Under the pieces are notes generated by a model. It worked only from the letters and a program-made list of their open reading frames with translations, was not told the DNA's origin and ran no database searches. DNA of 56,440 bases, filler included, from Sphacelaria rigidula (Eukaryota): NCBI GenBank assembly GCA_964200075.2. It is 7 parts of 7 records of this genome, joined end to end, with 100 filler letters (N's around TTAATTAATTAA, not from the genome) between each part and the next. Parts side by side here need not be neighbours in the genome. Positions count along the whole stretch, not along the records: positions 48,464 to 56,440 come from CAXNAA020012771.1; 6 more parts are not named here. One strand, written 5' to 3'. A program made the position numbers and the translations under genes. Below, one piece after another: positions 48,364-56,440 of this stretch. How positions within the stretch are numbered: position 1 is the stretch's first letter; every line of letters starts with the position of its first letter.

Positions 48364-48463
48364 NNNNNNNNNNNNNNNNNNNNNNNNNNNNNNNNNNNNN
48401 NNNNNNNTTAATTAATTAANNNNNNNNNNNNNNNNNNNNNNNNNNNNNNNNNNNNNNNNNNNN
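48364..48463. other. Artificial scaffold linker
   Basis: N run containing TTAATTAATTAA. Confidence 0.97.
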
Positions 48464-48859
48464 AAGAGGCTCCCTTCCGTGGGTGTAGAAGGCTGCTGCG
48501 CTTCAGTAACAGCCTCGTCAACCCTAATTAACAAATGCCGGCTGTACATCGGCTATACATCGGAAGAAACATTGTCCCCGTTTTCCGATTCCGATATCGA
48601 TTCAATCGGTCCGAGTGAATCAGGTGAATCGGCTCCGATTCACAACCCTACAAATTTTTGTTCAGCGGCCAATCTCGAAACCTCGGAGTCAAGCGAATCT
48701 GAAAAGCAGACGAGGCTCCTCTCTGTGGGGTGATGTAAAGTGTCCGAGACGTGTGTTGGCGGTTTTCTGGGCTTGGGGGTCAAAAGGTGGGTCAAACGTC
48801 CCACAGGTGAACAATCCGTGGGCCAAAAATCCGTTTGTCTTAACATCCGGCCTTAACTC

Positions 48860-49856
48860 ACGAGAAGAAAAAACTTTTGGGTTCTGCGCGACAACGTTTG
48901 GGCATGCCCTATTCTTCTTCCTCACCAAATTTCGAAGTCTAACTCGCGAAATTGAGGTGAGAAACGGCGATTTAGAAACCGGGCCAGGCGAAAATCGGAA
49001 CAATATTTTCGAGGCCGTTTACCGGCCCAGGTCTGGTACTTGTGCCTTGGATCTTTGTGTGGGACCTCGCTAGACCATAGTCGACCAAAAAAAGTGGGAA
49101 ATATTGATACATATTTATATATTCACTTGCTCACGATGCTTTAGTATAGTGAAGACCATAATCTCACGAGAAGGCCCGTACGCCTCCAAAAAAAAATGAA
49201 GGATCCATTTCTTTTTCTTCGGCATGTGTTTACAATCCATGATGAGTTTCAAATTCTAATTGTCAAGATTAAGCTGAAAAACTGAGATCAGGTCCGAGAG
49301 CACTGTCCAGTTTTCCTTGAAACTTCCCTGATAAAAAATTTAAAAAAGACGAAGGGAAACGAAAAACGATAATTATTTTCATCGTTATGCAGTGGCGATT
49401 TTCCAAACGAAATTTCAAAGCACAACTCTCAAAAACTGATACGGAATATCCAGATTTAGTGCAGTAAGTGCCTCTGCCCGAAATATATTGACTTTAGTAT
49501 GGAAAATTACGTGCGCCATATCTCGCGACAGATGAAGAATTAGGCAAAAGTGGATGTAGTGATCGTTTCCCCATTCTCCAGGGAATATCCACACCAAAAA
49601 TCGTAATCATCTGCTGTATATATCGTGCGGGGTTTCATGTAGACTTTATTTAGTATTGACGCCATCTCCGTAAGGTATAGGAATTACTAGACATGGGATT
49701 TAATCAACGAGAAAAAAATGACAGCACATCCGAGCACATGATCATCTTCCCCATAGTCAGACGATCAATACAATATGCAGATCACGACCCAACTCGTTTG
49801 TGTCGATGATACATTGCTTTGAGAGCTTAAATCCGCGTCTAGACCGGCCCAGCTCG
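48860..49856. mobile_element. TA-TSD family element, left end truncated
   Basis: Ends gagagcttaaatccgcgtctagaccggcccagctcg. The interior is homologous to ~17650-18627. Confidence 0.75.
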
Positions 49857-50579
49857 TGGTACTGAAGTCAACAATCTCAAATCTCCGCAGTCAACGAGTT
49901 ACTGGACCCACAGAGTATTAGGTATGTCGCACGTCATGGAATTCAACTGCCATCCCGCTACCCAGTGAGGGTCGACAACGGAGATCGTTTGTCATGCTAG
50001 GTCCTTCCGAGTCATCCCGAAAAGTGTTACCGCAAACGCTGTGTTACAACCCCTCCCCATTATCATTATCATGCTTACATAGAGCCAGTGTCAGCTCACT
50101 CTGAAGGGAACGCATGTAGCATGTGGTAGGTATGGAACGCCAACTTGCGCGTTACTCGTGAACGCCGATTGGACACAACATACACGAGAGGCTCTTTGAC
50201 ATACCCTACGATAACATCGATCCACCACAAACGCTAGAAAAATGTCAAAGCATGGTAAGCCTGTTCAGGAGTTGCTGCCTGACGCTCAAGACACAAGAGG
50301 ATCAAGATAAAACGGTGGGCTTATGTAGTGGTCTTCCAAGAAGTACAAAGTCCTCGTACTAGGCTCCTCTCCAACTCCCTCCCTCGCTTCGTCAGACTCC
50401 TTTTCCTTGTACTCCCCCGCTGGAGCACTCGGTGATTCCGATTCGGGTGCTTGACACGATACTCGCGACCGCAAGTCCACGAGGCCGGCACAACACATAT
50501 CTCTCAGTTGCGGGGTAACGCTACGCTCACAGTATAGGCAAGCATGCCGCATACATTGTCATACAAGTGCTGCCCGGCC

Positions 50580-54461
<3,882 letters not shown>

Positions 54462-54735
54462 GGTTGCAGCACACCACGTCCCCTCCAAGAAAGGAGCACC
54501 AGATGTCCTGTTGTGCCACGAGTCAGGTCTGCTATCCGGCTTCGAGAGGAGCATGGCTATATGCTGTTAGATTTGGAAAATGGTTAGAGTACACACACAT
54601 ATAATTTTAGAACATGGCTGTTTTGGGTTGCATTGCAAAGAGCGGTGACGTTTCGTGCGCATCCTCGCTCACGATCGCACATACGCGTCTTTCTCATCAC
54701 ACAGCGCCGCTACCTTATCCACAGAGGACGAAACG
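54462..54735. promoter_or_regulatory. Putative bidirectional promoter and 5' UTRs between NKAP and SBPase
   Basis: The divergent start codons are separated by only 274 bp, with no recognisable repeats between them. Confidence 0.5.
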
Positions 54736-56088
54736 ATGAAATCTGCAGCTGTTGCCGTGTTCCTATCAGCTACTGCTGCGGTGGATGGGTTCGTCGTAAA
54801 TCCAGCCCCTGCGTCGATGTCGAGGGCGTCCGCCACCCGCGCAACCTCGTCTTTCATGACTCCTCGCGTCGCGACCGCCCCAACATCGACGTCGGCACTC
54901 AAGATGACCTCTTCCATGAACGATGCGCAACAGCCGACTCTGGAGCAGGTGAACATGGCCGCATTATTGCGGTGAAGTAGCGTAATGTCGTAGTAGAAGA
55001 ATATGGCGTTGCCGATATCTAGAGCTGTGCGCGCTGGACTCTTGGAATATGTCTCCAGCTGCAACATGTCATGTTTGACGATCCGGAGAATATATATGCG
55101 CAACACGGAGTACAGTGTATCAGTGTATGACAATATTGAAAATCATGTTGGGCTCGCTGAGTGCAGTCGCTTCCCTCAGTGCCTCGGACTGAATTAATTC
55201 ACTGTCGATCGAAACTGTTTGTCGTCTCCCTGTGTATCTTTCTGACTGCGCTGTGCGTAGTGGCTCTCGTTCGCGGAGCCCAAGCTCCAGTCGACCATGA
55301 TCGCCATGTTCGCGGCTTGTAAAGAAATCGCCTACAAGATCCGAACGGCCTCGTGTGACAAAATGGCGTGTTTCAACGAGTTCGGTGACGAGCAGCTGGC
55401 CATTGACGTGCTGGCCAACAACGTTATCTTCGAGAACCTTAAGGCGTGCGGCTGCTGCGCTACCGCATCATCGGAGGAGACTCCGGTTGAAGACCCCATG
55501 GGTGGCGAGGTGAGTACGACTTTATGGGCAGCGGCGGTGGAGTACAGCATACTTCGTCATGTACAGTTTAAAACAGTACAAGGCGAGACCATTACCCTGT
55601 ATTTCCTGCATATTTTTTCACTGTGCACGTCACTTCGAGGCATCGAATAGTGTACCGTGAGCAGATAACGACGAATCGCGTCTACTTCTCGAATTGCCCG
55701 GCCTGGCTTTGAACACTTGCGACCAGTTCGATTGCCATAGTAGCTCCCCGAGCTCTTACCAAATATTTTTTCGGAGAAGTGGAAGGCTCATGAACTCTTC
55801 ATACCGAGTTACAAACGGCTGCTCACCCTCTGCCACATGGTTGTCCCACTATTCCACCTGAATTATTTGGACTGTCCGGTACCATCACCGTTGTGCCGCA
55901 CGTGCCACACCAGGGGTACTCGGTTGCATTCGACCCACTGGACGGATCGTCCATCATCGACACAAACTTCGCAGTGGGTACTATTTTTGGCGTTTGGCCT
56001 GGCAGCAAGCTAGTCGGCGTCACGGGGCGGCAGCTCGCAGGGGCTGGGATGGCTGTGTACGGCCCCCGAACCACAATGACCGTCGCAG
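54736..56088 (+). CDS. SBP: Sedoheptulose-1,7-bisphosphatase, plastid-targeted (first three exons; continues beyond the window)
   Basis: Exons 54736-54948, 55261-55509 and 55914-56088. Signal peptide MKSAAVAVFLSATAAVDG|FVV is followed by an S/T/A/R-rich transit peptide. IRTASCDKMACFNEFGDEQLAIDVLA and GYSVAFDPLDGSSIIDTNFAVGTIFGVWPG are SBPase signatures. Confidence 0.95.
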
Positions 56089-56385
56089 GTGAAGCTCTCG
56101 TGCCATGATACACGCTATACAGTGTTATCCCTTTTCGATAATATGGAAGCTTTTATCACGGTGAGATGTACGTTCCACTCGTTGAAGTCATGTTCCACAG
56201 TTTCAATTATCTCGAGCTCAGAAAGGAGGTCATCGTGGGAAGAGGGTTGGGCACTGTTAGCTTCAACAGCGCGAATCACGGGCGATGCCGCACATGGGAG
56301 AAAGCTGCATGACGCATGACATTCATCACAGCACACGTTGCAAGCGTTGTTTGCTGGAAATATTCAGGTATCCACTAGAACAGGG

Positions 56386-56440
56386 GAGTCATCCTACGAT
56401 AGGGGGGGGGTATTTGGTCGCACGAAAAAAGAGGCTCATA
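56386..56440. mobile_element. Start of a type-B MITE in an SBPase intron
   Basis: gagtcatcctacgatagggggggggtatttggtcgcacgaaaaaagaggctcat matches the element starting at 21988. Confidence 0.7.

Noticed and set aside
7979-48463. Regularly spaced TTAATTAATTAA as a biological array
   Set aside because: It sits inside N runs at a fixed spacing, which marks a six-frame-stop assembly linker.

Overview
Eukaryotic nuclear DNA, most likely from a brown alga (Phaeophyceae, stramenopile). The basis is GT-AG spliceosomal genes with repeat-filled introns, an SBPase with a heterokont-type bipartite plastid presequence, and decayed Copia/Gypsy/LINE elements. The window is not one locus. It is seven ~7,977-bp scaffolds joined by artificial 100-nt N-TTAATTAATTAA-N linkers, so adjacency across linkers has no biological meaning. 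Host genes reconstructed by hand: an S4-domain (RsuA/RluB-like) exon; a two-exon helical protein of unknown function; a single RCC1-repeat exon; the 3' part of a BAR-SH3 gene; an NKAP-family gene head-to-head with plastid SBPase; and an 8-exon phase-consistent gene. That last gene is the most notable: it joins a SAP30 Sin3-binding domain, an SGF29 tandem Tudor and a forkhead-like winged helix in one protein. The remainder is dense with non-autonomous DNA transposons (TA-TSD, 4-bp-TSD and CAC..GTG families), a tRNA-derived SINE, retroelement remnants and minisatellites. All family assignments were made by eye; no searches were run.
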